From the NCBI GenBank assembly GCA_977020255.1, contig CDROCS010003797.1, forward strand, positions 186,001 through 250,000: a stretch of DNA of 64,000 nucleotides, written 5' to 3'. Positions 43,301 to 53,482 of this stretch are shown here, in pieces; the first letter of the stretch is position 1; each line of letters begins with the position of its first letter. The position numbers were made by a program, and so were the translations under genes. The notes below the pieces were generated by a model. It was given only the letters and a program-made list of their open reading frames with translations, ran no database searches and was not told the origin of the DNA. The stretch is from Obrimoposthia wandeli (Eukaryota).

Positions 43301-43753
43301 ATGAAGTTGCAAGACATCTTAACCCTGGACTGCACAATTTGTGCAGCACCAGGTGCCAGTAAAAAGCGCATATTAGAATATTTAAGTAGCTTAGCTGCCG
43401 AAAAATTGGAAAATCATGATACTTTTCAGTTATTAGAAAGCCTAGTAAAGCGTGAGCGAATGGGCTCGACCGGCATAGGTAATGGTATTGCGATACCTCA
43501 TGGACGCTTAGCAAATGCCACACAACCCATTGCGGTGGTTATTACAACAGAAGAAGCGATTAATTTCGATGCCATTGATCATCGACCTGTTGATATTTTT
43601 ATTGCTTTATTTGTTCCTGAAGAAGAATGTCAAAATCACTTATGTACATTACAAAGCATCGCTAAAATTTTTCGCGAAAAGCAGTTTTGTAAACAAGTGC
43701 GAAAATGTCAAAGCAACCAAGAGCTTTTTCAGTTAATTCAACAAGCGAGTTAG
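43301..43753 (+). CDS. ptsN: PTS EIIA-Ntr
   Basis: RERMGSTGIGNGIAIPHG. Confidence 0.95.
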   Translation: MKLQDILTLDCTICAAPGASKKRILEYLSSLAAEKLENHDTFQLLESLVKRERMGSTGIGNGIAIPHGRLANATQPIAVVITTEEAINFDAIDHRPVDIFIALFVPEEECQNHLCTLQSIAKIFREKQFCKQVRKCQSNQELFQLIQQAS

Positions 43754-43759
43754 GCACGA

Positions 43760-44614
43760 ATGAAGTTAATTATAGTAAGTGGCCGCTCAGGCTCAGGAAA
43801 AAGTGTTGCACTGCGTGTTTTAGAAGATTTAGGCTATTACTGTGTCGATAATATACCAGTGAATTTATTACCCGCATTAACGCATACCGTGATTAATGAT
43901 TATGAAAATGTTGCCGTCAGTCTTGATGTCCGTAACCTCCCCGCAGATCCAAACGACGTACCCGAAATTATAGATTATTTACCGAGCGCGGTTGAACTAA
44001 GCTTAATTTATTTAGACGCAGATGATAGCGACCTTATTCGCCGATTCAGCGAAACTAGACGCCTGCATCCTTTGATCAAACAAAATATTGCTCTTGATCA
44101 AGCCATCGCATTAGAAAAAAAGCTGCTTGAACCCATTGCTAGTCGTGCTCATTTATATATTAATACTAGCCAACTGACACCTCATCAACTTGCCGATCTT
44201 GTTAGAGAACGTGTTTTGGGCAAAACATCAGGTTCTATGGTGGTAGTTTTTGAATCATTTGGCTTTAAGCATGGTGTACCGCAAGATGCGGACTATGTAT
44301 TTGACGCCCGTTTTTTACCTAACCCTTTTTGGGATAAAGAACTAAAAGGTTACACAGGCTTAGATAAACCGGTACAAGATTTTTTATCTAGCCAACCAAT
44401 TGTGACTAAATTTGTTTGGCAAATTAATAGCTTTATGATGACCTGGTTACCACATTTAGAGCGCAACAATCGCAGCTATATTACTATTGCGATTGGCTGT
44501 ACTGGTGGTAAACATCGTTCAGTTTACATAGCCGAGTTACTCGCAAATAATATGCGTAAAGAACGTAAAGATGTGCAATCACGTCACCGTGACTTACCGG
44601 TTGAAGGCACATAA
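43760..44614 (+). CDS. rapZ: RNase adapter RapZ
   Basis: SGRSGSGKS, SFGFKHG, GCTGGKHRSV. Confidence 0.97.
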   Translation: MKLIIVSGRSGSGKSVALRVLEDLGYYCVDNIPVNLLPALTHTVINDYENVAVSLDVRNLPADPNDVPEIIDYLPSAVELSLIYLDADDSDLIRRFSETRRLHPLIKQNIALDQAIALEKKLLEPIASRAHLYINTSQLTPHQLADLVRERVLGKTSGSMVVVFESFGFKHGVPQDADYVFDARFLPNPFWDKELKGYTGLDKPVQDFLSSQPIVTKFVWQINSFMMTWLPHLERNNRSYITIAIGCTGGKHRSVYIAELLANNMRKERKDVQSRHRDLPVEGT

Positions 44615-44733
44615 GCGTTAACCATGTACTTTTTTAACATCTAATATAAGCATAGCCCTGAACATAGAAGATAATCCCCATTTTCAGGGCCGTATAGTCG
44701 CGACACTCAGTATTTTAACTTGCGAGAATAATC

Positions 44734-45012
44734 ATGAATACACAAGTTAGCCGCCAAGTATTAATCATTAATAAATTAGGCCTGCATGCTCGAGCAGCAT
44801 CCAAGCTAGCCCAACTCAGCCAGAAGTTTACTGCAAAAGTCACGATTGAATTAAACGAAAATAGTGCTGATGCAAATAGCATTATGGGACTTATGTTACT
44901 TGCAGGTGCTCAAGGTAAAACAGTTAATGTTATCGCTTCAGGCAAAGATGCAAAAATAGCATTAGAAGAGATCTGCCAACTTTTCAGTAATAAATTTCAC
45001 GAAACTGAATAA
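44734..45012 (+). CDS. npr: Phosphocarrier NPr (PtsO)
   Basis: NKLGLHARAASKL, SIMGLMLL; end of the rpoN operon. Confidence 0.9.
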   Translation: MNTQVSRQVLIINKLGLHARAASKLAQLSQKFTAKVTIELNENSADANSIMGLMLLAGAQGKTVNVIASGKDAKIALEEICQLFSNKFHETE

Positions 45013-45384
45013 TTAATCCCCCTGCACGATGATTATCGTAGCGTTTAAGTCAATAAAAAAGCTGTGAAAAGTAGCAAATTACGGTAAACTCAAATCGATA
45101 ATGATTAGCGGTTAACGTAACATAATTTTAATAATTATCCTTCATAATAGGAATTGTTTCACTTTCAGGCTTAACATTTACTCATGCTCAATCGACTTAA
45201 TATCAGTCTAAACTAGCATTGGTTTTAAATTGACACAGTATTTTCGCACGTTTATGTAGCTAGCTACACTTGCAGTGCCTCACTTTGTCTTCATACCAAA
45301 CTCATTGCTGTAGCAAGTAACCTCGAAGTTTAACAGTGCCTAATAATTTTCAATTTTCGTTTTACGACGGCACAAGGTAGCAAT

Positions 45385-46746
45385 ATGCCGGAAGTTTCAG
45401 AGCAAGAATATAATCATCAACGCCTACAACAGGTCAATGATGCCCTTGATAGCGGTATGTTTGTCTATGTCCGAAAATTATTACAGGACATGCCCGCTTA
45501 TGATCTCGCTTTATTATTAGAGTCTTCTCCAACAAAAAGCCGTATGGCACTTTGGCAGCTTATTGATGCTGATCATCACGGTGATGTACTCGAAGAACTA
45601 AACGAAGAAGTTCGAAAAGGTATTCTAAAAAATATTCATCCAGAAAAGCTCGCGGTTGTCGCAGAAGGCATGGATGTTGATGATTTAGCGGAAGTATTTA
45701 GAACATTACCTGATAGTGTCTATCAGGAAGTACTCAACGCTATGGACTGGCAAGACCGTAGTCGTGTCGAAGCCGCACTTTCTTATGAGGAAGATACTGC
45801 GGGCGGTATCATGAACACTGATACTATTTCTCTTCGTCCAGATGTGACTGTTGATGTAGTATTACGTTATTTACGTCTACGCGGTGAATTACCCGAAGCG
45901 ACCGACTCATTTTATGTTGTTGATCGTGCCGATCACTTTATTGGCGCTGTGTCTTTATCTGCCATTGTTACTGCCAAAGCAGAAACTATTATTTCAAACC
46001 TGATTGATAAAGATATTCAAGCGATCGCCGCTGACATGAACGAAAAGGATGTCGCACAGCTGTTCGAGCGCTACGATTGGTTTTCTGCCCCTGTTGTGGA
46101 TCACGAAGACAGGTTATTAGGTCGTATTACTGTCGATGATGTGGTTGATATTATTCGTGAAGAAGCCGAACATTCCATGATGAGTATGGCAGGTCTAGAC
46201 GACGAAGCCGATACTTTTGCTCCCGTATTAAAAAGTACTCAACGCCGCTCTATTTGGTTAGGTGTAAACTTAATTACCGCACTATTGGCCGTTGCAGTAT
46301 CGAGTATGTTTGAAGGTATTTTGAATCAACTAGCCATTTTAGCGGTATTGAACTCTTTAGTTCCTAGCATGGGTGGCGTCGCTGGAAATCAAACGTTAAC
46401 GCTTGTTATTCGGGGTATGGCTTTAGGTCATGTCGGTGAAAGTAACTCGCGAATTTTGCTTTATAAAGAATTGGCTATTGGTTTTTTTAATGGTTTAATT
46501 TGGGCAGTATTAATCGCTTCTGTTGTCGCTATTTGGCAGCAAAACTTAATGCTTGGGGCGATTATTGCATTTGCGATGCTGATGAATATGACCGCTGCTG
46601 GCATTGCCGGAGTTACCGTACCTTTACTGCTGAAAAGAATGAATATTGACCCAGCACTCGCGGGTAGCGTTATTTTAACAACCGTTACTGATGTCGTGGG
46701 TATATTCGCCTTTTTAGGTACAGCGACTTTAATGTTAGGAACATAA
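45385..46746 (+). CDS. mgtE: Magnesium transporter MgtE
   Basis: TAGGIM, CBS pair, MGGVAGNQT, DPALAGSVILTTVTD. Confidence 0.96.
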   Translation: MPEVSEQEYNHQRLQQVNDALDSGMFVYVRKLLQDMPAYDLALLLESSPTKSRMALWQLIDADHHGDVLEELNEEVRKGILKNIHPEKLAVVAEGMDVDDLAEVFRTLPDSVYQEVLNAMDWQDRSRVEAALSYEEDTAGGIMNTDTISLRPDVTVDVVLRYLRLRGELPEATDSFYVVDRADHFIGAVSLSAIVTAKAETIISNLIDKDIQAIAADMNEKDVAQLFERYDWFSAPVVDHEDRLLGRITVDDVVDIIREEAEHSMMSMAGLDDEADTFAPVLKSTQRRSIWLGVNLITALLAVAVSSMFEGILNQLAILAVLNSLVPSMGGVAGNQTLTLVIRGMALGHVGESNSRILLYKELAIGFFNGLIWAVLIASVVAIWQQNLMLGAIIAFAMLMNMTAAGIAGVTVPLLLKRMNIDPALAGSVILTTVTDVVGIFAFLGTATLMLGT

Positions 46747-46752
46747 GGAAAT

Positions 46753-47183
46753 TAGTTTTGAGCTATCAGTTTTAAGCTGTCAGTGAAACAAGTTAAAACC
46801 TTCCCTTGACTGACAGCTAACTTTTTAAAGCTGTCAGTTTTGAGCTGTCAGTCAAACAAGTTAAAACCTTCCCTTTACTGACAGCTGACAGCTAATAACT
46901 TAATACTTTTTAAAGCTATAAGCTTTCAGTTTTGAGTTGTCAGTGAAGCAAGCTAGAAACTATTCCTTTACTGACAGCTAATAACTAATAACTTAATACT
47001 TTTTAAGGCTATAAGCTTTCAATTCTAAGCTGTCAGTGAAACAAGCTAGAAACTATCCTTTACTGACAGCTAATAACTAATAACTTAATACTTTTTAAGG
47101 CTATAAGCTTTCAATTCTAAGCTGTCAGTGAAACAAGCTAAAAACTATCCTTTACTGACAGCTGATAGCTAATAACTTAAAAC
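46753..47183. repeat. Tandem array of five hairpin-forming units (last three about 92-93 bp)
   Basis: Each unit has AG(C/T)TGTCAGT-AA(A/G)CAAG...CCTT(T/G)ACTGACAGCT flanked by heptamer-like AGCT(A/G/T)TC and TAATAAC runs. Confidence 0.9.
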
Positions 47184-47191
47184 TCAACCCC

Positions 47192-48547
47192 TTAACTTCC
47201 CGCTACTTGCATCTCGTTAATAATAATTGAACCGGTACGAATGCTGCCGCGCATATCGGTATCGCTTCCTATCGCAACAATACCAGAGAACATATCCTGT
47301 AATTTACCGGCAATGGTAATTTCATCAACGGGATAAGCTATTTCACCATTTTCGACCCAGAAGCCTGCAGCACCACGAGAATAATCACCCGTAACTACAT
47401 TCACCCCTTGTCCCATGAGTTCAGTCACCAATAAACCTGTACCTAAAGTTTTTAGCATGGCATCAAAGTCACCACCTTGGCCAGCGCTTTTCATGCCGAG
47501 TTGCCAGTTATGAATACCGCCAGCATGACCCGTCGTTTGTAAACCTAACTTGCGCGCAGAATAACTGGTTAAAAGGTAAGTTGCTAAATTACCATCGGTA
47601 ATAATCTCACGGTCAACCGTAGCAACCCCTTCTGCATCAAAAGCGCCACTTGCTAGGGCTTTTTTCAAATGAGGGCGTTCACTAATATTTAAAAAGTCAG
47701 GAAATACTTGCTTGCCAATTGAATCCATTAAAAAAGACGATTTACGATACAAATTACCACCACTGATCGCCGCGATAAAATGACCAAATAACGTATTAGC
47801 AATATCAGCACGGAACATGACCGGTACTTTACTGGTCGCTAATTTTCGTGCACCTAAACGAGACAAAACTTCTATTGAAGCTTGTTGGCCAATTTTACTA
47901 GCACTTTCCATCGCATCAAATTCACGACTAACGGTATAGGCGTAATCACGTTGCATGTCATCACCCTCGTTAGCGATCATCACACAACTTAAGCTGTGGC
48001 GAGTACTCGGGTAACCGACTAACTGACCATGACTATTACCGTAAACTTTAAAACCTTCGAAGCTTGCCAACGTAGCGCCATCTGAATTGGTAATACGTTT
48101 ATCATAACCTAGCGCGATATCTTCACACGATTTTGCAATACTAATAGCTTCTTCAGTCGTTAACGCCTTAGGGTGGTATAGATCTAAATCTTCAGGTTCC
48201 ATCGCGAGAAATTCTTTATCCGCCATGCCAGAATATTCATCAACTGAAGTATATTTAGCAATATTAACCGCGGCTTCTATAGCTTGCTTTAACGCTTTTT
48301 CAGATAAGTCTGCGGTAGATGCACTACCTTTACGACCATCTTTATAAACAGTAATACCAAGCCCGCCATCATTAGTAAACTCAACATTTTCCACTTCACC
48401 TAGGCGAGTATTAACGCTTAAACCTTCCTGACGGCTCATCGCAACTTCAGCGCCATCAGCGCCAAGTGACTTGGCCATTTTCATGGCATCATTAACACGT
48501 TGTTTTACATGCTCTATTTGTATTTGGATACTATTTGAATCGCTCAT
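47192..48547 (-). CDS. pmbA: Metalloprotease subunit PmbA (TldE) (start likely ATG 48547)
   Basis: GITVYKDGRKGSASTADL, TTGHAGG, GDYSRGAAGFWVENG. Confidence 0.95.
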   Translation of the reverse strand: MSDSNSIQIQIEHVKQRVNDAMKMAKSLGADGAEVAMSRQEGLSVNTRLGEVENVEFTNDGGLGITVYKDGRKGSASTADLSEKALKQAIEAAVNIAKYTSVDEYSGMADKEFLAMEPEDLDLYHPKALTTEEAISIAKSCEDIALGYDKRITNSDGATLASFEGFKVYGNSHGQLVGYPSTRHSLSCVMIANEGDDMQRDYAYTVSREFDAMESASKIGQQASIEVLSRLGARKLATSKVPVMFRADIANTLFGHFIAAISGGNLYRKSSFLMDSIGKQVFPDFLNISERPHLKKALASGAFDAEGVATVDREIITDGNLATYLLTSYSARKLGLQTTGHAGGIHNWQLGMKSAGQGGDFDAMLKTLGTGLLVTELMGQGVNVVTGDYSRGAAGFWVENGEIAYPVDEITIAGKLQDMFSGIVAIGSDTDMRGSIRTGSIIINEMQVAGS

Positions 48548-48652
48548 GGCTAAATTATTTCTCACATTTTATCGATACAAACAACAGGAATGTTTTTGCT
48601 GATACTGCTTTGTTGTATACTATAGGTAATTATCACTTTATTACTTAACATT

Positions 48653-49171
48653 ATGCCCCACTCTGCCAACGATATCGATGAATTAGAAGAAGAATTACTG
48701 AGTAAATCGGAAATAAAACGAGAAATGCATCGACTGCAAGATTTTGGCTTAGTCATAGTCAAAATGTCGAAGCATCAACGCAGTAAATTGCCGCTGACTG
48801 ATGAGCTAAAGGCTGCTATGCAGCTTGCGGATAAAATCACCAATAAGCATGAAGCCTTGCGCCGTCATGTGCGTCATATTGCAAAAATACTGGCTGAAAC
48901 GGATCTTGAACCGATTAAGCAAGCTATGGATGTTATGGCCAATAAGCATCAGCAAGAATCAGTTAAATTTGAAAAGCTAGAAAAAATGCGCGATAACCTT
49001 ATCGAACAAGGTAATGACTCAATCGAAGCATTGTTAGCAGAATTCGACACCATGGAACGACAAAAGCTTAGGCAGCTCGTGCGCCAAGCTAAAAAAGAGC
49101 ATAGTGCCGAGAAAGTCGGAAAGCATTATCGCGATTTATTTGCTTACTTAAAAGAGCATGTGGCTTTTTAG
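48653..49171 (+). CDS. yjgA: Ribosome biogenesis factor YjgA/DarP
   Basis: SKSEIKREMHRLQ, ERQKLRQLVRQAKKE; divergent from pmbA as in enterobacteria. Confidence 0.9.
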   Translation: MPHSANDIDELEEELLSKSEIKREMHRLQDFGLVIVKMSKHQRSKLPLTDELKAAMQLADKITNKHEALRRHVRHIAKILAETDLEPIKQAMDVMANKHQQESVKFEKLEKMRDNLIEQGNDSIEALLAEFDTMERQKLRQLVRQAKKEHSAEKVGKHYRDLFAYLKEHVAF

Positions 49172-49193
49172 CTTAAACTCTTGATATAAAAAT

Positions 49194-49221
49194 AAAATGC
49201 CTTGATTTACAAGGCATTTTT
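49194..49221. terminator. Bidirectional terminator between yjgA and the dap operon
   Basis: AAAATGCCTTG-ATTTA-CAAGGCATTTTT. Confidence 0.85.
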
Positions 49222-49249
49222 GTTTGTTTTCGCTTTGCCTTATTAGCAG

Positions 49250-50398
49250 CTATAAAATACTGAACTTACTAAATACCTTATAAAGCTCAGTACCTTGGTT
49301 AACACTGGCCGACGCAAAGTGTAGTATCGGAATAACTTGATGATCTAAGCTAATATAGTGCAAGGGATCGCCATCACCGTAGTTATCCATACGAAGAATA
49401 CGCGCTAAAGGCTCTCCAGGAGCTAACGGTTGACCAAACTCAGCTAAGTAATCGACCATACCACCCATAGGTGAATATAACGCTTTATAATCTTCGAGCA
49501 TACAGCAGTAACGCGTCATCTTTTTCGGATGATAATCCTCGCTATTTATCACACCTTGGTACTGTAAATAACTCAAAATCCCTAGTGCATCTTCATGTGC
49601 AATATCAAGGTCGATTTGCTCTTGTGAACCAAGTTCTACGGTAAAGCTTTCTTTAATAATTAACGCATCACTGTGCTGTGCATCGGCTTTAGTGATTGGA
49701 AAATCACGTCCTAAATCAGCCAAGGCTTGCTTTAACTGCCACCAAGGACAAAATGTTGCTTCATCTAATGCGCCATCAAAACTATTCGGGATCAACAAGG
49801 TATGCGGAATATCAAAGTACTGTGCACTCGCTTGTGCATATTCCGGACAATATAAATGCTTACTAGAAATTGGGCCAGTGTGTAAATCTAAAACAATATC
49901 AGCTTGGTGCGCAAGGTGTTGCAGTTGAAAAGCAATGCGTTGCCCTGTAGTCAAACCATAAACATTATGATTAAGTTTTTGGCTTATTTTTTCTAGCATT
50001 AAGGCGCTAAATGCCTGCTCAATTTCGGTGTTGCTCTGGTTTAAGTTTGCTTGGGCAAAAGGCGCAACCATTTCTGTGTCAAAATGATACATACGGTTCC
50101 AATTCACGCCTGTTATCGGATCAAATCGACCTAAGGTATATTCGCCATTTTTATGGTTACAAGCAACAGGATTAGCATAAGGTACAAGCGTAATATTGCC
50201 ATGTAATTCAGTCGTTTTTAATAACTCTAACAACTGAAATATCACGGCATTACCTTGAACCTCTGCACCATGCATATTAGCTTGAATATAAACATTAGGC
50301 CCTTTGCTCTTACCTTCAAGACGGTAAACAGGCACAGTAAGCGCAGCACCACTCGCCATCTCTCCAACATGCATCACTTCTTTACTGACTTTATTCAT
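49250..50398 (-). CDS. M14 succinylglutamate desuccinylase/aspartoacylase-family zinc hydrolase
   Basis: HGAE zinc motif, ANP, NWNR, LDLHTG, C-terminal SPMGG swing domain. Confidence 0.85.
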   Translation of the reverse strand: MNKVSKEVMHVGEMASGAALTVPVYRLEGKSKGPNVYIQANMHGAEVQGNAVIFQLLELLKTTELHGNITLVPYANPVACNHKNGEYTLGRFDPITGVNWNRMYHFDTEMVAPFAQANLNQSNTEIEQAFSALMLEKISQKLNHNVYGLTTGQRIAFQLQHLAHQADIVLDLHTGPISSKHLYCPEYAQASAQYFDIPHTLLIPNSFDGALDEATFCPWWQLKQALADLGRDFPITKADAQHSDALIIKESFTVELGSQEQIDLDIAHEDALGILSYLQYQGVINSEDYHPKKMTRYCCMLEDYKALYSPMGGMVDYLAEFGQPLAPGEPLARILRMDNYGDGDPLHYISLDHQVIPILHFASASVNQGTELYKVFSKFSIL

Positions 50399-50460
50399 AA
50401 CTACCTTCTACTCAATCTTATTAATACTTGACGCTCTAAAGCCTATTAGCTGTATTTCCA

Positions 50461-51723
50461 TTAACGCAAATACCATGAGGCAGGCTCTGCTGCACGTACT
50501 TGCTCAATTTTTCCTTGCTGCAAAACATATTCAGCGGCTATTTGATGACACAGGAAAAAAGGCATACTTTCAGTAAAGCCATAAGCGCCAGCTAAACCGA
50601 ATATTAATTGGTCATCAACATCAACATCATCAGCGATTACCATGCAACCTAGTTTATCTAAGCTAGTACAAAGTGGACCGTGCAAATCGAAATTTCGAGT
50701 ATTCGCCACTGACTCTCTGAGCAGTGCAACAGGAAAAGGCTGTTCGGTTATTGCTGGGCGTAAGAGATGATTAATCCCTCCGGCGAGGACTAGCTGTTGT
50801 TGTTGAAAATTTTCTTTACGATCAACCACTGACGTGACGTAATAACCCATTTCAGCAACAGCAAAACGTCCTAACTCTAGCCATAATTCGCCGACACCTG
50901 CCTGCGCTTTTATCCGTGCTAAATCGGCAATAATTTGCTGCCAGCTTAACGCTTTTCCTGCTTGTAAATAATCAACTCCGAGCCCACCACCTAAATCTAA
51001 AACCTCTAGTGACATATCTAGTTGCTTAGCTAACGATACCAGTGGCGCGACCATTTGTGACCAAAGCTCATACATGCGAGCATTGCTCAACATATTTCCC
51101 CACTGAAAAATATGTAAGCCATTGATATTTAATGCTGGAAAGTCAGATACTTTTATCGACTGCCATTCTTCGCAAGATAAACCAAAGGCGGTCACTTCAT
51201 TACCGCCTAATGGATTTTTTTCACCTTTGGCCCACTGCAGCTGCACCCTCAACAACACTTGCGGTCGACATGACAGTTCGCTCGCTGCTTGTTCAAGCCA
51301 TTGCAGTTGATTTAAGCTTTCAACAACAAAAGTACGCACACCTTGTATTAAAAAAGCTTTCATCTGCCGTTTTGACTTTGCCGGTCCCGTATTGAGAATA
51401 CGATCTGTCTGAACACCTTGTGCTAAAACTTGCGTTAACTCACCTTGACTAGCAACATCGAAATTAAAGCCCTGCTGTGCTAAAGTTTCCAACACGCGTG
51501 ACAAAGGGTTTGCCTTAACAGCAAACCAAAGCTTAATAACGTCTTGTTGCATTAGCTGCGATACGTGCTGTTCAAGATAATCTAAATCATAAAGAAAAAA
51601 ACCTGCGTCATCTTCCCGTATTTCATCACGATGCTTCAGTGCTTCACTGTGCTCGCTCAAAGACTCAAGTACCGCAGGTCTTAGCCAATTTGGCCTAGCA
51701 GGATCATTTAACATAGCAGTCAT
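50461..51723 (-). CDS. Fold-type III PLP-dependent decarboxylase (LysA-like, divergent)
   Basis: FAVKANP (PLP lysine), DVAS.GE, DLGGGLG, GPLCT, GAYG. Confidence 0.85.
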   Translation of the reverse strand: MTAMLNDPARPNWLRPAVLESLSEHSEALKHRDEIREDDAGFFLYDLDYLEQHVSQLMQQDVIKLWFAVKANPLSRVLETLAQQGFNFDVASQGELTQVLAQGVQTDRILNTGPAKSKRQMKAFLIQGVRTFVVESLNQLQWLEQAASELSCRPQVLLRVQLQWAKGEKNPLGGNEVTAFGLSCEEWQSIKVSDFPALNINGLHIFQWGNMLSNARMYELWSQMVAPLVSLAKQLDMSLEVLDLGGGLGVDYLQAGKALSWQQIIADLARIKAQAGVGELWLELGRFAVAEMGYYVTSVVDRKENFQQQQLVLAGGINHLLRPAITEQPFPVALLRESVANTRNFDLHGPLCTSLDKLGCMVIADDVDVDDQLIFGLAGAYGFTESMPFFLCHQIAAEYVLQQGKIEQVRAAEPASWYLR

Positions 51724-51731
51724 TTTTGCTC

Positions 51732-52481
51732 CTAACGCAAGACAGATTCAAGTTCTAACGCGGCATTGCTTTTCTCATCACGGTACTTAACAATCAGAGC
51801 ACAAGCCATATTTAAACCATGTTGCTGCGCCCAAGCCCCGGTAACTGGTCGTGTGCCAGGAACTACAACAGCATTTTCAGGAATATCTGCACCCTTTGCT
51901 AACATGACATTGTTAACACAATCATAAACCGGCACCGACGCCGACAAAGAAACCCCCGGCGCTAACACCGCACCTTTCTTCACCACAATACCTTCTACAA
52001 TAATCACGCCAGCACTTAAAAAGGCATTATCTTCAATAATCACTGGGCTCGCACCAATAGGCTCAAGCACACCACCGATTTGTACCGCGGCAGAAACATG
52101 GACATTTTTACCTATTTGCGCGCATGAACCAATTAAGGCATGGCTATCAACCATAGTGCCACTATCCACAAAAGCACCAACATTGATATAAGCAGGTGGC
52201 ATGATAATGACACCAGGTGCGACATAAGCACCGCGACGAACTGATGAACCACCCGGCACCATTCTGACTTTATCTTCGACGGTAAACTCACGTGCTGGCA
52301 AATTATGTTTATCAACAAAGCCACTATAAATACCGTCAAATACGATATTTTCGCCCGCTTTAAAAGCCGCTAAAATATCTTGCTTTACCGCTGTATTGAC
52401 CTGCCACGTGCCATCGTTATTTTGCTCTGCTGCACGAATTTTACCGGTTTCTAAATCTGTTAATGTTTGCTGCCAAGTCAT
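51732..52481 (-). CDS. dapD: Tetrahydrodipicolinate N-succinyltransferase
   Basis: GAFVDSGTMVDSHALIGSCAQIGKNVH, IGGVLEP hexapeptide repeats. Confidence 0.9.
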   Translation of the reverse strand: MTWQQTLTDLETGKIRAAEQNNDGTWQVNTAVKQDILAAFKAGENIVFDGIYSGFVDKHNLPAREFTVEDKVRMVPGGSSVRRGAYVAPGVIIMPPAYINVGAFVDSGTMVDSHALIGSCAQIGKNVHVSAAVQIGGVLEPIGASPVIIEDNAFLSAGVIIVEGIVVKKGAVLAPGVSLSASVPVYDCVNNVMLAKGADIPENAVVVPGTRPVTGAWAQQHGLNMACALIVKYRDEKSNAALELESVLR

Positions 52482-53482
52482 GAGTTTACTTCTCGTTTGT
52501 TAGTTACTACTGAATGAGGGTGTGCTGCGACATTTGAGGTGTCATCTGGAGTCGGGGTTTGCGCTGAAAGATTATGACTCTCAAGCCATTGCTGAATTTG
52601 TTGGTTAATGGCTTGCAAACCATGTTGCGTGGTTATCTCTTCTTGGCACAGTGGCAAGCGCAGAGTTGCAGAGTTAATTGTTTTAAGTTCTGCCATTAAA
52701 ACCTTAGGGGCTATTGGACTGGTCACTTGGAATAAAGCGGCTATCGCGTTATGCCAAAGAGGAAATAAACCTTCATGCTGATTTGATAAAGCTAATGCAA
52801 CATACTGACATGTAGCTTCAGGCCAAACATTGGCACATACAGAGATCAAGCCTTTCACACCAGCGCCAGCAAGATAAGGCATCATGGCGTCTTCACCACT
52901 ATAAACCTCAACATTAGGGCAATGTTGACGGTAAGCTAATAGCTGATGGATATCGCCACTGGCTTCTTTTAACGCCCAACAATTTTTATGATTTTGCACC
53001 TGTTGCAAGGCCGAAATAGCAATTTTAACGCCAGTACGAGAAGGCACGTTATAAAGCATGCAAGGAAAATCAGCGGCATCAAGTAAACGTGTAAACCAAG
53101 CGGCTTGACCAACGGGACCTGGCTTTGCATAAATAGGACATGTTAACAGGTAGGCATGAATTGGTAAGGTATTGCACTTAGTTATCCAAGCAACTTGCTC
53201 TTTAAGATTATAGCCACCAACAGCAACCATTAAGGGCACCTGCAAAGATATTGCACATACGTACTCAACAATACTTAAATGTTCACTGGCGGTTAAGGCT
53301 AAGCCTTCGCCCGTACTACCTAATAATAAAATGCCATTGTTAGCAGCGTTTTGCTGTAAAACTAAGTTACGTAAGCTGGTGTAGTCAATTTCGCCATCAT
53401 CGAATAATGGCGTGATCAGTGCGGTCCAAACCAATGGCCGGTCTATACAGGGATAATTTTTTGATAATATTTTTTGACTCAT
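52478..53482 (-). CDS. dapA: 4-hydroxy-tetrahydrodipicolinate synthase (start likely MSQKIL at 53482)
   Basis: TALITPL, GSTGEG, YNVPSRTG, KEASGD; ATGA overlap with dapD. Confidence 0.85.
   Translation of the reverse strand: MSQKILSKNYPCIDRPLVWTALITPLFDDGEIDYTSLRNLVLQQNAANNGILLLGSTGEGLALTASEHLSIVEYVCAISLQVPLMVAVGGYNLKEQVAWITKCNTLPIHAYLLTCPIYAKPGPVGQAAWFTRLLDAADFPCMLYNVPSRTGVKIAISALQQVQNHKNCWALKEASGDIHQLLAYRQHCPNVEVYSGEDAMMPYLAGAGVKGLISVCANVWPEATCQYVALALSNQHEGLFPLWHNAIAALFQVTSPIAPKVLMAELKTINSATLRLPLCQEEITTQHGLQAINQQIQQWLESHNLSAQTPTPDDTSNVAAHPHSVVTNKREVNS

Noticed and set aside
45013-45384. M-box riboswitch or mgtL-like leader peptide for mgtE
   Set aside because: No M-box consensus, and the only short ORF (MLNRLNISLN*) is not proline-rich
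46753-47183. Tandem array read as CRISPR
   Set aside because: The intervening sequences are themselves repeated, unit lengths vary by heptamers, and no cas genes are nearby
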